A DNA stretch of 64,000 nucleotides, taken from NCBI GenBank assembly GCA_964016885.1, contig OZ024751.1, positions 4,278,001 through 4,342,000 of the forward strand, written 5' to 3'. Positions 1-14,981 of this stretch are shown here, in pieces; the stretch's first letter is position 1, and each line of letters begins with the position of its first letter. Position numbers and translations under genes: made by a program. Below the pieces are notes generated by a model. It made no database searches. It was given only the letters and a program-made list of their open reading frames with translations, and was not told the DNA's origin. The stretch comes from Eledone cirrhosa. Taxonomy: Eukaryota.

Positions 1-123
1 GCACGTATCAGTTTAGCGGCGCTAACGTCGCTTTGTTCGTTTGTAAACAAACTGAACAGCCTGAATTTATGCCATACGGTGTTAAGGCAACCACGTCACC
101 TTTTTGTTCAACACTGACACAGG

Positions 124-168
124 AACGATGTACTAGTTTCAAGCTTGTTAGCTATCATCAGCACCGTT
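124..168 (-). ncRNA. Minimal type I hammerhead ribozyme, first of about 40 copies (one per satellite unit)
   Basis: Minus strand reads AACGGTG CTGATGA T-AGCT-AACA-AGCT-T GAAAC TA GTA CATCGTT. Stem I AACGGUG/CAUCGUU (7 bp, one G-U), core CUGAUGA and GAAA, palindromic stem III ACUAGU, GUA triplet. Predicted cut between 131 and 130. Confidence 0.85.
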
Positions 169-241
169 TACCCATCTGCCAGATAGTTGAACGTTCGAAA
201 GTATATACTTTCCTTATGAAAATTAACGGCTGAGCAGCCTA

Positions 242-249
242 ATTTGCAT
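242..249 (-). promoter_or_regulatory. Octamer motif ATGCAAAT, one per satellite unit
   Basis: Exact ATTTGCAT on + strand, ~75 nt upstream of the hammerhead on the ribozyme strand. Function is inferred only. Confidence 0.4.
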
Positions 250-2278
250 ATTGAGTGAGTTAAATCGGTCAGGCATACCGAAAACGATAAATTGAAACAA
301 AATGAAAACGAAATTTCATTTCTCACTCTTAGTATGGCACTTACTTAAATGTAAGTATGCATGTATACGTACATACATATATGTATACAGACGTACAGTA
401 GCATGCACATATATATATATATATGTATACACATATATATACATATGCATACAGGTACACATACATATATGCACGTATCAGTTTAGCGGCGCTAACGTCG
501 CTTTGTTCGTTTGTAAACAAACTGAACAGCCTGAATTTATGCCATACGGTGTTAAGGCAACCACGTCACCTTTTTGTTCAACACTGACACAGGAACGATG
601 TACTAGTTTCAAGCTTGTTAGCTATCATCAGCACCGTTTACCCATCTGCCAGATAGTTGAACGTTCGAAAGTATATACTTTCCTTATGAAAATTAACGGC
701 TGAGCAGCCTAATTTGCATATTGAGTGAGTTAAATCGGTCAGGCATACCGAAAACGATAAATTGAAACAAAATGAAAACGAAATTTCATTTCTCACTCTT
801 AGTATGGCACTTACTTAAATGTAAGTATGCATGTATACGTACATACATATATGTATACAGACGTACAGTAGCATGCACATATATATATATATACACATAT
901 ATATACATATGCATACAGGTACACATACATATATGCACGTATCAGTTTAGCGGCGCTAACGTCGCTTTGTTCGTTTGTAAACAAACTGAACAGCCTGAAT
1001 TTATGCCATACGGTGTTAAGGCAACCACGTCACCTTTTTGTTCAACACTGACACAGGAACGATGTACTAGTTTCAAGCTTGTTAGCTATCATCAGCACCG
1101 TTTACCCATCTGCCAGATAGTTGAACGTTCGAAAGTATATACTTTCCTTATGAAAATTAACGGCTGAGCAGCCTAATTTGCATATTGATTGAGTTAAATC
1201 GGTCAGGCATACCGAAAACGATAAATTGAAACAAAATGAAAACGAAATTTCATTTCTCACTCTTAGTATGGCACTTACTTAAATGTAAGTATGCATGTAT
1301 ACGTACATACATATATGTATACAGACGTACAGTAGCATGCACATATATATATATATATATATACACATATATATACATATGCATACAGGTACACATACAT
1401 ATATGCACGTATCAGTTTAGCGGCGCTAACGTCGCTTTGTTCGTTTGTAAACAAACTGAACAGCCTGAATTTATGCCATACGGTTTTAAGGCAACCACGT
1501 CACCTTTTTGTTCAACACTGACACAGGAACGATGTACTAGTTTCAAGCTTGTTAGCTATCATCAGCACCGTTTACCCATCTGCCAGATAGTTGAACGTTC
1601 GAAAGTATATACTTTCCTTATGAAAATTAACGGCTGAGCAGCCTAATTTGCATATTGAGTGAGTTAAATCGGTCAGGCATACCGAAAACGATAAATTGAA
1701 ACAAAATGAAAACGAAATTTCATTTCTCACTCTTAGTATGGCACTTACTTAAATGTAAGTATGCATGTATACGTACATACATATATGTATACAGACGTAC
1801 AGTAGCATGCACATATATATATATATATATATACACATATATATACATATGCATACAGGTACACATACATATATGCACGTATCAGTTTAGCGGCGCTAAC
1901 GTCGCTTTGTTCGTTTGTAAACAAACTGAACAGCCTGAATTTATGCCATACGGTGTTAAGGCAACCACGTCACCTTTTTGTTCAACACTGACACAGGAAC
2001 GATGTACTAGTTTCAAGCTTGTTAGCTATCATCAGCACCGTTTACCCATCTGCCAGATAGTTGAACGTTCGAAAGTATATACTTTCCTTATGAAAATTAA
2101 CGGCTGAGCAGCCTAATTTGCATATTGAGTGAGTTAAATCGGTCAGGCATACCGAAAACGATAAAATGAAACAAAATGAAAACGAAATTTCATTTCTCAC
2201 TCTTAGTATGGCACTTACTTAAATGTAAGTATGCATGTATACGTACATACATATATGTATACAGACGTACAGTAGCAT

Positions 2279-2317
<39 letters not shown>

Positions 2318-5300
2318 TATACATATGCATACAGGTACACATACATATATGCACGTATCAGTTTAGCGGCGCTAACGTCGCTTTGTTCGTTTGTAAACAA
2401 ACTGAACAGCCTGAATTTATGCCATACGGTGTTAAGGCAACCACGTCACCTTTTTGTTCAACACTGACACAGGAACGATGTACTAGTTTCAAGCTTGTTA
2501 GCTATCATCAGCACCGTTTACCCATCTGCCAGATAGTTGAACGTTCGAAAGTATATACTTTCCTTATGAAAATTAACGGCTGAGCAGCCTAATTTGCATA
2601 TTGAGTGAGTTAAATCGGTCAGGCATACCGAAAACGATAAATTGAAACAAAATGAAAACGAAATTTCATTTCTCACTCTTAGTATGGCACTTACTTAAAT
2701 GTAAGTATGCATGTATACGTACATACGTATATGTATACAGACGTACAGTAGCATGCACATATATATATATATATATATACACATATATATACATATGCAT
2801 ACAGGTACACATACATATATGCACGTATCAGTTTAGCGGCGCTAACGTCGCTTTGTTCGTTTGTAAACAAACTGAACAGCCTGAATTTATGCCATACGGT
2901 GTTAAGGCAACCACGTCACCTTTTTGTTCAACACTGACACAGGAACGATGTACTAGTTTCAAGCTTGTTAGCTATCATCAGCACCGTTTACCCATCTGCC
3001 AGATAGTTGAACGTTCGAAAGTATATACTTTCCTTATGAAAATTAACGGCTGAGCAGCCTAATTTGCATATTGAGTGAGTTAAATCGGTCAGGCATACCG
3101 AAAACGATAAATTGAAACAAAATGAAAACGAAATTTCATTTCTCACTCTTAGTATGGCACTTACTTAAATGTAAGTATGCATGTATACGTACATACATAT
3201 ATGTATACAGACGTACAGTAGCATGCACATATATATATATATATGTATACACATATATATACATATGCATACAGGTACACATACATATATGCACGTATCA
3301 GTTTAGCGGCGCTAACGTCGCTTTGTTCGTTTGTAAACAAACTGAACAGCCTGAATTTATGCCATACGGTGTTAAGGCAACCACGTCACCTTTTTGTTCA
3401 ACACTGACACAGGAACGATGTACTAGTTTCAAGTTTGTTAGCTATCATCAGCACCGTTTACCCATCTGCCAGATAGTTGAACGTTCGAAAGTATATACTT
3501 TCCTTATGAAAATTAACGGCTGAGCAGCCTAATTTGCATATTGAGTGAGTTAAATCGGTCAGGCATACCGAAAACGATAAATTGAAACAAAATGAAAACG
3601 AAATTTCATTTCTCACTCTTAGTATGGCACTTACTTAAATGTAAGTATGCATGTATACGTACATACATATATGTATACAGACGTACAGTAGCATGCACAT
3701 ATATATATATATACACATATATATACATATGCATACAGGTACACATACATATATGCACGTATCAGTTTAGCGGCGCTAACGTCGCTTTGTTCGTTTGTAA
3801 ACAAACTGAACAGCCTGAATTTATGCCATACGGTGTTAAGGCAACCACGTCACCTTTTTGTTCAACACTGACACAGGAACGATGTACTAGTTTCAAGCTT
3901 GTTAGCTATCATCAGCACCGTTTACCCATCTGCCAGATAGTTGAACGTTCGAAAGTATATACTTTCCTTATGAAAATTAACGGCTGAGCAGCCTAATTTG
4001 CATATTGATTGAGTTAAATCGGTCAGGCATACCGAAAACGATAAATTGAAACAAAATGAAAACGAAATTTCATTTCTCACTCTTAGTATGGCACTTACTT
4101 AAATGTAAGTATGCATGTATACGTACATACATATATGTATACAGACGTACAGTAGCATGCACATATATATATATATATATATACACATATATATACATAT
4201 GCATACAGGTACACATACATATATGCACGTATCAGTTTAGCGGCGCTAACGTCGCTTTGTTCGTTTGTAAACAAACTGAACAGCCTGAATTTATGCCATA
4301 CGGTGTTAAGGCAACCACGTCACCTTTTTGTTCAACACTGACACAGGAACGATGTACTAGTTTCAAGCTTGTTAGCTATCATCAGCACCGTTTACCCATC
4401 TGCCAGATAGTTGAACGTTCGAAAGTATATACTTTCCTTATGAAAATTAACGGCTGAGCAGCCTAATTTGCATATTGAGTGAGTTAAATCGGTCAGGCAT
4501 ACCGAAAACGATAAATTGAAACAAAATGAAAACGAAATTTCATTTCTCACTCTTAGTATGGCACTTACTTAAATGTAAGTATGCATGTATACGTACATAC
4601 ATATATGTATACAGACGTACAGTAGCATGCACATATATATATATATATGTATACACATATATATACATATGCATACAGGTACACATACATATATGCACGT
4701 ATCAGTTTAGCGGCGCTAACGTCGCTTTGTTCGTTTGTAAACAAACTGAACAGCCTGAATTTATGCCATACGGTGTTAAGGCAACCACGTCACCTTTTTG
4801 TTCAACACTGACACAGGAACGATGTACTAGTTTCAAGCTTGTTAGCTATCATCAGCACCGTTTACCCATCTGCCAGATAGTTGAACGTTCGAAAGTATAT
4901 ACTTTCCTTATGAAAATTAACGGCTGAGCAGCCTAATTTGCATATTGAGTGAGTTAAATCGGTCAGGCATACCGAAAACGATAAATTGAAACAAAATGAA
5001 AACGAAATTTCATTTCTCACTCTTAGTATGGCACTTACTTAAATGTAAGTATGCATGTATACGTACATACATATATGTATACAGACGTACAGTAGCATGC
5101 ACATATATATATATATATATATACACATATATATACATATGCATACAGGTACACATACATATATGCACGTATCAGTTTAGCGGCGCTAACGTCGCTTTGT
5201 TCGTTTGTAAACAAACTGAACAGCCTGAATTTATGCCATACGGTGTTAAGGCAACCACGTCACCTTTTTGTTCAACACTGACACAGGAACGATGTACTAG

Positions 5301-8300
5301 TTTCAAGCTTGTTAGCTATCATCAGCACCGTTTACCCATCTGCCAGATAGTTGAACGTTCGAAAGTATATACTTTCCTTATGAAAATTAACGGCTGAGCA
5401 GCCTAATTTGCATATTGAGTGAGTTAAATCGGTCAGGCATACCGAAAACGATAAATTGAAACAAAATGAAAACGAAATTTCATTTCTCACTCTTAGTATG
5501 GCACTTACTTAAATGTAAGTATGCATGTATACGTACATACATATATGTATACAGACGTACAGTAGCATGCACATATATATATATATATGTATACACATAT
5601 ATATACATATGCATACAGGTACACATACATATATGCACGTATCAGTTTAGCGGCGCTAACGTCGCTTTGTTCGTTTGTAAACAAACTGAACAGCCTGAAT
5701 TTATGCCATACGGTGTTAAGGCAACCACGTCACCTTTTTGTTCAACACTGACACAGGAACGATGTACTAGTTTCAAGCTTGTTAGCTATCATCAGCACCG
5801 TTTACCCATCTGCCAGATAGTTGAACGTTCGAAAGTATATACTTTCCTTATGAAAATTAACGGCTGAGCAGCCTAATTTGCATATTGAGTGAGTTAAATC
5901 GGTCAGGCATACCGAAAACGATAAATTGAAACAAAATGAAAACGAAATTTCATTTCTCACTCTTAGTATGGCACTTACTTAAATGTAAGTATGCATGTAT
6001 ACGTACATACATATATGTATACAGACGTACAGTAGCATGCACATATATATATATATACACATATATATACATATGCATACAGGTACACATACATATATGC
6101 ACGTATCAGTTTAGCGGCGCTAACGTCGCTTTGTTCGTTTGTAAACAAACTGAACAGCCTGAATTTATGCCATACGGTGTTAAGGCAACCACGTCACCTT
6201 TTTGTTCAACACTGACACAGGAACGATGTACTAGTTTCAAGCTTGTTAGCTATCATCAGCACCGTTTACCCATCTGCCAGATAGTTGAACGTTCGAAAGT
6301 ATATACTTTCCTTATGAAAATTAACGGCTGAGCAGCCTAATTTGCATATTGATTGAGTTAAATCGGTCAGGCATACCGAAAACGATAAATTGAAACAAAA
6401 TGAAAACGAAATTTCATTTCTCACTCTTAGTATGGCACTTACTTAAATGTAAGTATGCATGTATACGTACATACATATATGTATACAGACGTACAGTAGC
6501 ATGCACATATATATATATATATATATACACATATATATACATATGCATACAGGTACACATACATATATGCACGTATCAGTTTAGCGGCGCTAACGTCGCT
6601 TTGTTCGTTTGTAAACAAACTGAACAGCCTGAATTTATGCCATACGGTTTTAAGGCAACCACGTCACCTTTTTGTTCAACACTGACACAGGAACGATGTA
6701 CTAGTTTCAAGCTTGTTAGCTATCATCAGCACCGTTTACCCATCTGCCAGATAGTTGAACGTTCGAAAGTATATACTTTCCTTATGAAAATTAACGGCTG
6801 AGCAGCCTAATTTGCATATTGAGTGAGTTAAATCGGTCAGGCATACCGAAAACGATAAATTGAAACAAAATGAAAACGAAATTTCATTTCTCACTCTTAG
6901 TATGGCACTTACTTAAATGTAAGTATGCATGTATACGTACATACATATATGTATACAGACGTACAGTAGCATGCACATATATATATATATACACATATAT
7001 ATACATATGCATACAGGTACACATACATATATGCACGTATCAGTTTAGCGGCGCTAACGTCGCTTTGTTCGTTTGTAAACAAACTGAACAGCCTGAATTT
7101 ATGCCATACGGTGTTAAGGCAACCACGTCACCTTTTTGTTCAACACTGACACAGGAACGATGTACTAGTTTCAAGCTTGTTAGCTATCATCAGCACCGTT
7201 TACCCATCTGCCAGATAGTTGAACGTTCGAAAGTATATACTTTCCTTATGAAAATTAACGGCTGAGCAGCCTAATTTGCATATTGAGTGAGTTAAATCGG
7301 TCAGGCATACCGAAAACGATAAATTGAAACAAAATGAAAACGAAATTTCATTTCTCACTCTTAGTATGGCACTTACTTAAATGTAAGTATGCATGTATAC
7401 GTACATACATATATGTATACAGACGTACAGTAGCATGCACATATATATATATATATATATACACATATATATACATATGCATACAGGTACACATACATAT
7501 ATGCACGTATCAGTTTAGCGGCGCTAACGTCGCTTTGTTCGTTTGTAAACAAACTGAACAGCCTGAATTTATGCCATACGGTGTTAAGGCAACCACGTCA
7601 CCTTTTTGTTCAACACTGACACAGGAACGATGTACTAGTTTCAAGCTTGTTAGCTATCATCAGCACCGTTTACCCATCTGCCAGATAGTTGAACGTTCGA
7701 AAGTATATACTTTCCTTATGAAAATTAACGGCTGAGCAGCCTAATTTGCATATTGAGTGAGTTAAATCGGTCAGGCATACCGAAAACGATAAATTGAAAC
7801 AAAATGAAAACGAAATTTCATTTCTCACTCTTAGTATGGCACTTACTTAAATGTAAGTATGCATGTATACGTACATACATATATGTATACAGACGTACAG
7901 TAGCATGCACATATATATATATATATGTATACACATATATATACATATGCATACAGGTACACATACATATATGCACGTATCAGTTTAGCGGCGCTAACGT
8001 CGCTTTGTTCGTTTGTAAACAAACTGAACAGCCTGAATTTATGCCATACGGTGTTAAGGCAACCACGTCACCTTTTTGTTCAACACTGACACAGGAACGA
8101 TGTACTAGTTTCAAGCTTGTTAGCTATCATCAGCACCGTTTACCCATCTGCCAGATAGTTGAACGTTCGAAAGTATATACTTTCCTTATGAAAATTAACG
8201 GCTGAGCAGCCTAATTTGCATATTGAGTGAGTTAAATCGGTCAGGCATACCGAAAACGATAAATTGAAACAAAATGAAAACGAAATTTCATTTCTCACTC

Positions 8301-8844
8301 TTAGTATGGCACTTACTTAAATGTAAGTATGCATGTATACGTACATACATATATGTATACAGACGTACAGTAGCATGCACATATATATATATATACACAT
8401 ATATATACATATGCATACAGGTACACATACATATATGCACGTATCAGTTTAGCGGCGCTAACGTCGCTTTGTTCGTTTGTAAACAAACTGAACAGCCTGA
8501 ATTTATGCCATACGGTGTTAAGGCAACCACGTCACCTTTTTGTTCAACACTGACACAGGAACGATGTACTAGTTTCAAGCTTGTTAGCTATCATCAGCAC
8601 CGTTTACCCATCTGCCAGATAGTTGAACGTTCGAAAGTATATACTTTCCTTATGAAAATTAACGGCTGAGCAGCCTAATTTGCATATTGAGTGAGTTAAA
8701 TCGGTCAGGCATACCGAAAATGATAAATTGAAACAAAATGAAAACGAAATTTCATTTCTCACTCTTAGTATGGCACTTACTTAAATGTAAGTATGCATGT
8801 ATACGTACATACATATATGTATACAGACGTACAGTAGCATGCAC

Positions 8845-8875
<31 letters not shown>

Positions 8876-9316
8876 TATACATATGCATACAGGTACACAT
8901 ACATATATGCACGTATCAGTTTAGCGGCGCTAACGTCGCTTTGTTCGTTTGTAAACAAACTGAACAGCCTGAATTTATGCCATACGGTGTTAAGGCAACC
9001 ACGCCACCTTTTTGTTCAACACTGACACAGGAACGATGTACTAGTTTCAAGCTTGTTAGCTATCATCAGCACCGTTTACCCATCTGCCAGATAGTTGAAC
9101 GTTCGAAAGTATATACTTTCCTTATGAAAATTAACGGCTGAGCAGCCTAATTTGCATATTGAGTGAGTTAAATCGGTCAGGCATACCGAAAACGATAAAT
9201 TGAAACAAAATGAAAACGAAATTTCATTTCTCACTCTTAGTATGGCACTTACTTAAATGTAAGTATGCATGTATACGTACATACATATATGTATACAGAC
9301 GTACAGTAGCATGCAC

Positions 9317-9349
<33 letters not shown>

Positions 9350-12300
9350 TATACATATGCATACAGGTACACATACATATATGCACGTATCAGTTTAGCG
9401 GCGCTAACGTCGCTTTGTTCGTTTGTAAACAAACTGAACAGCCTGAATTTATGCCATACGGTGTTAAGGCAACCACGTCACCTTTTTGTTCAACACTGAC
9501 ACAGGAACGATGTACTAGTTTCAAGCTTGTTAGCTATCATCAGCACCGTTTACCCATCTGCCAGATAGTTGAACGTTCGAAAGTATATACTTTCCTTATG
9601 AAAATTAACGGCTGAGCAGCCTAATTTGCATATTGAGTGAGTTAAATCGGTCAGGCATACCGAAAACGATAAATTGAAACAAAATGAAAACGAAATTTCA
9701 TTTCTCACTCTTAGTATGGCACTTACTTAAATGTAAGTATGCATGTATACGTACATACATATATGTATACAGACGTACAGTAGCATGCACATATATATAT
9801 ATATATGTATACACATATATATACATATGCATACAGGTACACATACATATATGCACGTATCAGTTTAGCGGCGCTAACGTCGCTTTGTTCGTTTGTAAAC
9901 AAACTGAACAGCCTGAATTTATGCCATACGGTGTTAAGGCAACCACGTCACCTTTTTGTTCAACACTGACACAGGAACGATGTACTAGTTTCAAGCTTGT
10001 TAGCTATCATCAGCACCGTTTACCCATCTGCCAGATAGTTGAACGTTCGAAAGTATATACTTTCCTTATGAAAATTAACGGCTGAGCAGCCTAATTTGCA
10101 TATTGAGTGAGTTAAATCGGTCAGGCATACCGAAAACGATAAATTGAAACAAAATGAAAACGAAATTTCATTTCTCACTCTTAGTATGGCACTTACTTAA
10201 ATGTAAGTATGCATGTATACGTACATACATATATGTATACAGACGTACAGTAGCATGCACATATATATATATATACACATATATATACATATGCATACAG
10301 GTACACATACATATATGCACGTATCAGTTTAGCGGCGCTAACGTCGCTTTGTTCGTTTGTAAACAAACTGAACAGCCTGAATTTATGCCATACGGTGTTA
10401 AGGCAACCACGTCACCTTTTTGTTCAACACTGACACAGGAACGATGTACTAGTTTCAAGCTTGTTAGCTATCATCAGCACCGTTTACCCATCTGCCAGAT
10501 AGTTGAACGTTCGAAAGTATATACTTTCCTTATGAAAATTAACGGCTGAGCAGCCTAATTTGCATATTGAGTGAGTTAAATCGGTCAGGCATACCGAAAA
10601 CGATAAATTGAAACAAAATGAAAACGAAATTTCATTTCTCACTCTTAGTATGGCACTTACTTAAATGTAAGTATGCATGTATACGTACATACATATATGT
10701 ATACAGACGTACAGTAGCATGCACATATATATATATATATGTATACACATATATATACATATGCATACAGGTACACATACATATATGCACGTATCAGTTT
10801 AGCGGCGCTAACGTCGCTTTGTTCGTTTGTAAACAAACTGAACAGCCTGAATTTATGCCATACGGTGTTAAGGCAACCACGTCACCTTTTTGTTCAACAC
10901 TGACACAGGAACGATGTACTAGTTTCAAGCTTGTTAGCTATCATCAGCACCGTTTACCCATCTGCCAGATAGTTGAACGTTCGAAAGTATATACTTTCCT
11001 TATGAAAATTAACGGCTGAGCAGCCTAATTTGCATATTGAGTGAGTTAAATCGGTCAGGCATACCGAAAACGATAAATTGAAACAAAATGAAAACGAAAT
11101 TTCATTTCTCACTCTTAGTATGGCACTTACTTAAATGTAAGTATGCATGTATACGTACATACATATATGTATACAGACGTACAGTAGCATGCACATATAT
11201 ATATATATATGTATACACATATATATACATATGCATACAGGTACACATACATATATGCACGTATCAGTTTAGCGGCGCTAACGTCGCTTTGTTCGTTTGT
11301 AAACAAACTGAACAGCCTGAATTTATGCCATACGGTGTTAAGGCAACCACGTCACCTTTTTGTTCAACACTGACACAGGAACGATGTACTAGTTTCAAGC
11401 TTGTTAGCTATCATCAGCACCGTTTACCCATCTGCCAGATAGTTGAACGTTCGAAAGTATATACTTTCCTTATGAAAATTAACGGCTGAGCAGCCTAATT
11501 TGCATATTGAGTGAGTTAAATCGGTCAGGCATACCGAAAACGATAAATTGAAACAAAATGAAAACGAAATTTCATTTCTCACTCTTAGTATGGCACTTAC
11601 TTAAATGTAAGTATGCATGTATACGTACATACATATATGTATACAGACGTACAGTAGCATGCACATATATATATATATATATATACACATATATATACAT
11701 ATGCATACAGGTACACATACATATATGCACGTATCAGTTTAGCGGCGCTAACGTCGCTTTGTTCGTTTGTAAACAAACTGAACAGCCTGAATTTATGCCA
11801 TACGGTGTTAAGGCAACCACGTCACCTTTTTGTTCAACACTGACACAGGAACGATGTACTAGTTTCAAGCTTGTTAGCTATCATCAGCACCGTTTACCCA
11901 TCTGCCAGATAGTTGAACGTTCGAAAGTATATACTTTCCTTATGAAAATTAACGGCTGAGCAGCCTAATTTGCATATTGAGTGAGTTAAATCGGTCAGGC
12001 ATACCGAAAACGATAAATTGAAACAAAATGAAAACGAAATTTCATTTCTCACTCTTAGTATGGCACTTACTTAAATGTAAGTATGCATGTATACGTACAT
12101 ACACATATGTATACAGACGTACAGTAGCATGCACATATATATATATATACACATATATATACATATGCATACAGGTACACATACATATATGCACGTATCA
12201 GTTTAGCGGCGCTAACGTCGCTTTGTTCGTTTGTAAACAAACTGAACAGCCTGAATTTATGCCATACGGTGTTAAGGCAACCACGTCACCTTTTTGTTCA

Positions 12301-14472
12301 ACACTGACACAGGAACGATGTACTAGTTTCAAGCTTGTTAGCTATCATCAGCACCGTTTACCCATCTGCCAGATATTTGAACGTTCGAAAGTATATACTT
12401 TCCTTATGAAAATTAACGGCTGAGCAGCCTAATTTGCATATTGAGTGAGTTAAATCGGTCAGGCATACCGAAAACGATAAATTGAAACAAAATGAAAACG
12501 AAATTTCATTTCTCACTCTTAGTATGGCACTTACTTAAATGTAAGTATGCATGTATACGTACATACATATATGTATACAGACGTACAGTAGCATGCACAT
12601 ATATATATATATATATATACACATATATATACATATGCATACAGGTACACATACATATATGCACGTATCAGTTTAGCGGCGCTAACGTCGCTTTGTTCGT
12701 TTGTAAACAAACTGAACAGCCTGAATTTATGCCATACGGTGTTAAGGCAACCACGTCACCTTTTTGTTCAACACTGACACAGGAACGATGTACTAGTTTC
12801 AAGCTTGTTAGCTATCATCAGCACCGTTTACCCATCTGCCAGATAGTTGAACGTTCGAAAGTATATACTTTCCTTATGAAAATTAACGGCTGAGCAGCCT
12901 AATTTGCATATTGAGTGAGTTAAATCGGTCAGGCATACCGAAAACGATAAATTGAAACAAAATGAAAACGAAATTTCATTTCTCACTCTTAGTATGGCAC
13001 TTACTTAAATGTAAGTATGCATGTATACGTACATACATATATGTATACAGACGTACAGTAGCATGCACATATATATATATATATGTATACACATATATAT
13101 ACATATGCATACAGGTACACATACATATATGCACGTATCAGTTTAGCGGCGCTAACGTCGCTTTGTTCGTTTGTAAACAAACTGAACAGCCTGAATTTAT
13201 GCCATACGGTGTTAAGGCAACCACGTCACCTTTTTGTTCAACACTGACACAGGAACGATGTACTAGTTTCAAGCTTGTTAGCTATCATCAGCACCGTTTA
13301 CCCATCTGCCAGATAGTTGAACGTTCGAAAGTATATACTTTCCTTATGAAAATTAACGGCTGAGCAGCCTAATTTGCATATTGAGTGAGTTAAATCGGTC
13401 AGGCATACCGAAAACGATAAATTGAAACAAAATGAAAACGAAATTTCATTTCTCACTCTTAGTATGGCACTTACTTAAATATAAGTATGCATGTATACGT
13501 ACATACATATATGTATACAGACGTACAGTAGCATGCACATATATATATATATACACATATATATACATATGCATACAGGTACACATACATATATGCACGT
13601 ATCAGTTTAGCGGCGCTAACGTCGCTTTGTTCGTTTGTAAACAAACTGAACAGCCTGAATTTATGCCATACGGTGTTAAGGCAACCACGTCACCTTTTTG
13701 TTCAACACTGACACAGGAACGATGTACTAGTTTCAAGCTTGTTAGCTATCATCAGCACCGTTTACCCATCTGCCAGATAGTTGAACGTTCGAAAGTATAT
13801 ACTTTCCTTATGAAAATTAACGGCTGAGCAGCCTAATTTGCATATTGAGTGAGTTAAATCGGTCAGGCATACCGAAAATGATAAATTGAAACAAAATGAA
13901 AACGAAATTTCATTTCTCACTCTTAGTATGGCACTTACTTAAATGTAAGTATGCATGTATACGTACATACATATATGTATACAGACGTACAGTAGCATGC
14001 ACATATATATATATATATATATACACATATATATACATATGCATACAGGTACACATACATATATGCACGTATCAGTTTAGCGGCGCTAACGTCGCTTTGT
14101 TCGTTTGTAAACAAACTGAACAGCCTGAATTTATGCCATACGGTGTTAAGGCAACCACGTCACCTTTTTGTTCAACACTGACACAGGAACGATGTACTAG
14201 TTTCAAGCTTGTTAGCTATCATCAGCACCGTTTACCCATCTGCCAGATAGTTGAACGTTCGAAAGTATATACTTTCCTTATGAAAATTAACGGCTGAGCA
14301 GCCTAATTTGCATATTGAGTGAGTTAAATCGGTCAGGCATACCGAAAACGATAAATTGAAACAAAATGAAAACGAAATTTCATTTCTCACTCTTAGTATG
14401 GCACTTACTTAAATGTAAGTATGCATGTATACGTACATACATATATGTATACAGACGTACAGTAGCATGCAC

Positions 14473-14503
<31 letters not shown>

Positions 14504-14941
14504 TATACATATGCATACAGGTACACATACATATATGCACGTATCAGTTTAGCGGCGCTAACGTCGCTTTGTTCGTTTGTAAACAAACTGAACAGCCTGA
14601 ATTTATGCCATACGGTGTTAAGGCAACCACGTCACCTTTTTGTTCAACACTGACACAGGAACGATGTACTAGTTTCAAGCTTGTTAGCTATCATCAGCAC
14701 CGTTTACCCATCTGCCAGATAGTTGAACGTTCGAAAGTATATACTTTCCTTATGAAAATTAACGGCTGAGCAGCCTAATTTGCATATTGAGTGAGTTAAA
14801 TCGGTCAGGCATACCGAAAACGATAAATTGAAACAAAATGAAAACGAAATTTCATTTCTCACTCTTAGTATGGCACTTACTTAAATGTAAGTATGCATGT
14901 ATACGTACATACATATATGTATACAGACGTACAGTAGCATG

Positions 14942-14981
<40 letters not shown>

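Noticed and set aside
302-703. 133-aa ORF (MKTKFHF...MKING) repeated in each satellite unit
   Set aside because: No recognisable domain, runs through an (AT)n tract, is frameshifted in several units (8738, 9210, 14366, 14838, 17672) and is antisense to the ribozyme. Most likely incidental.
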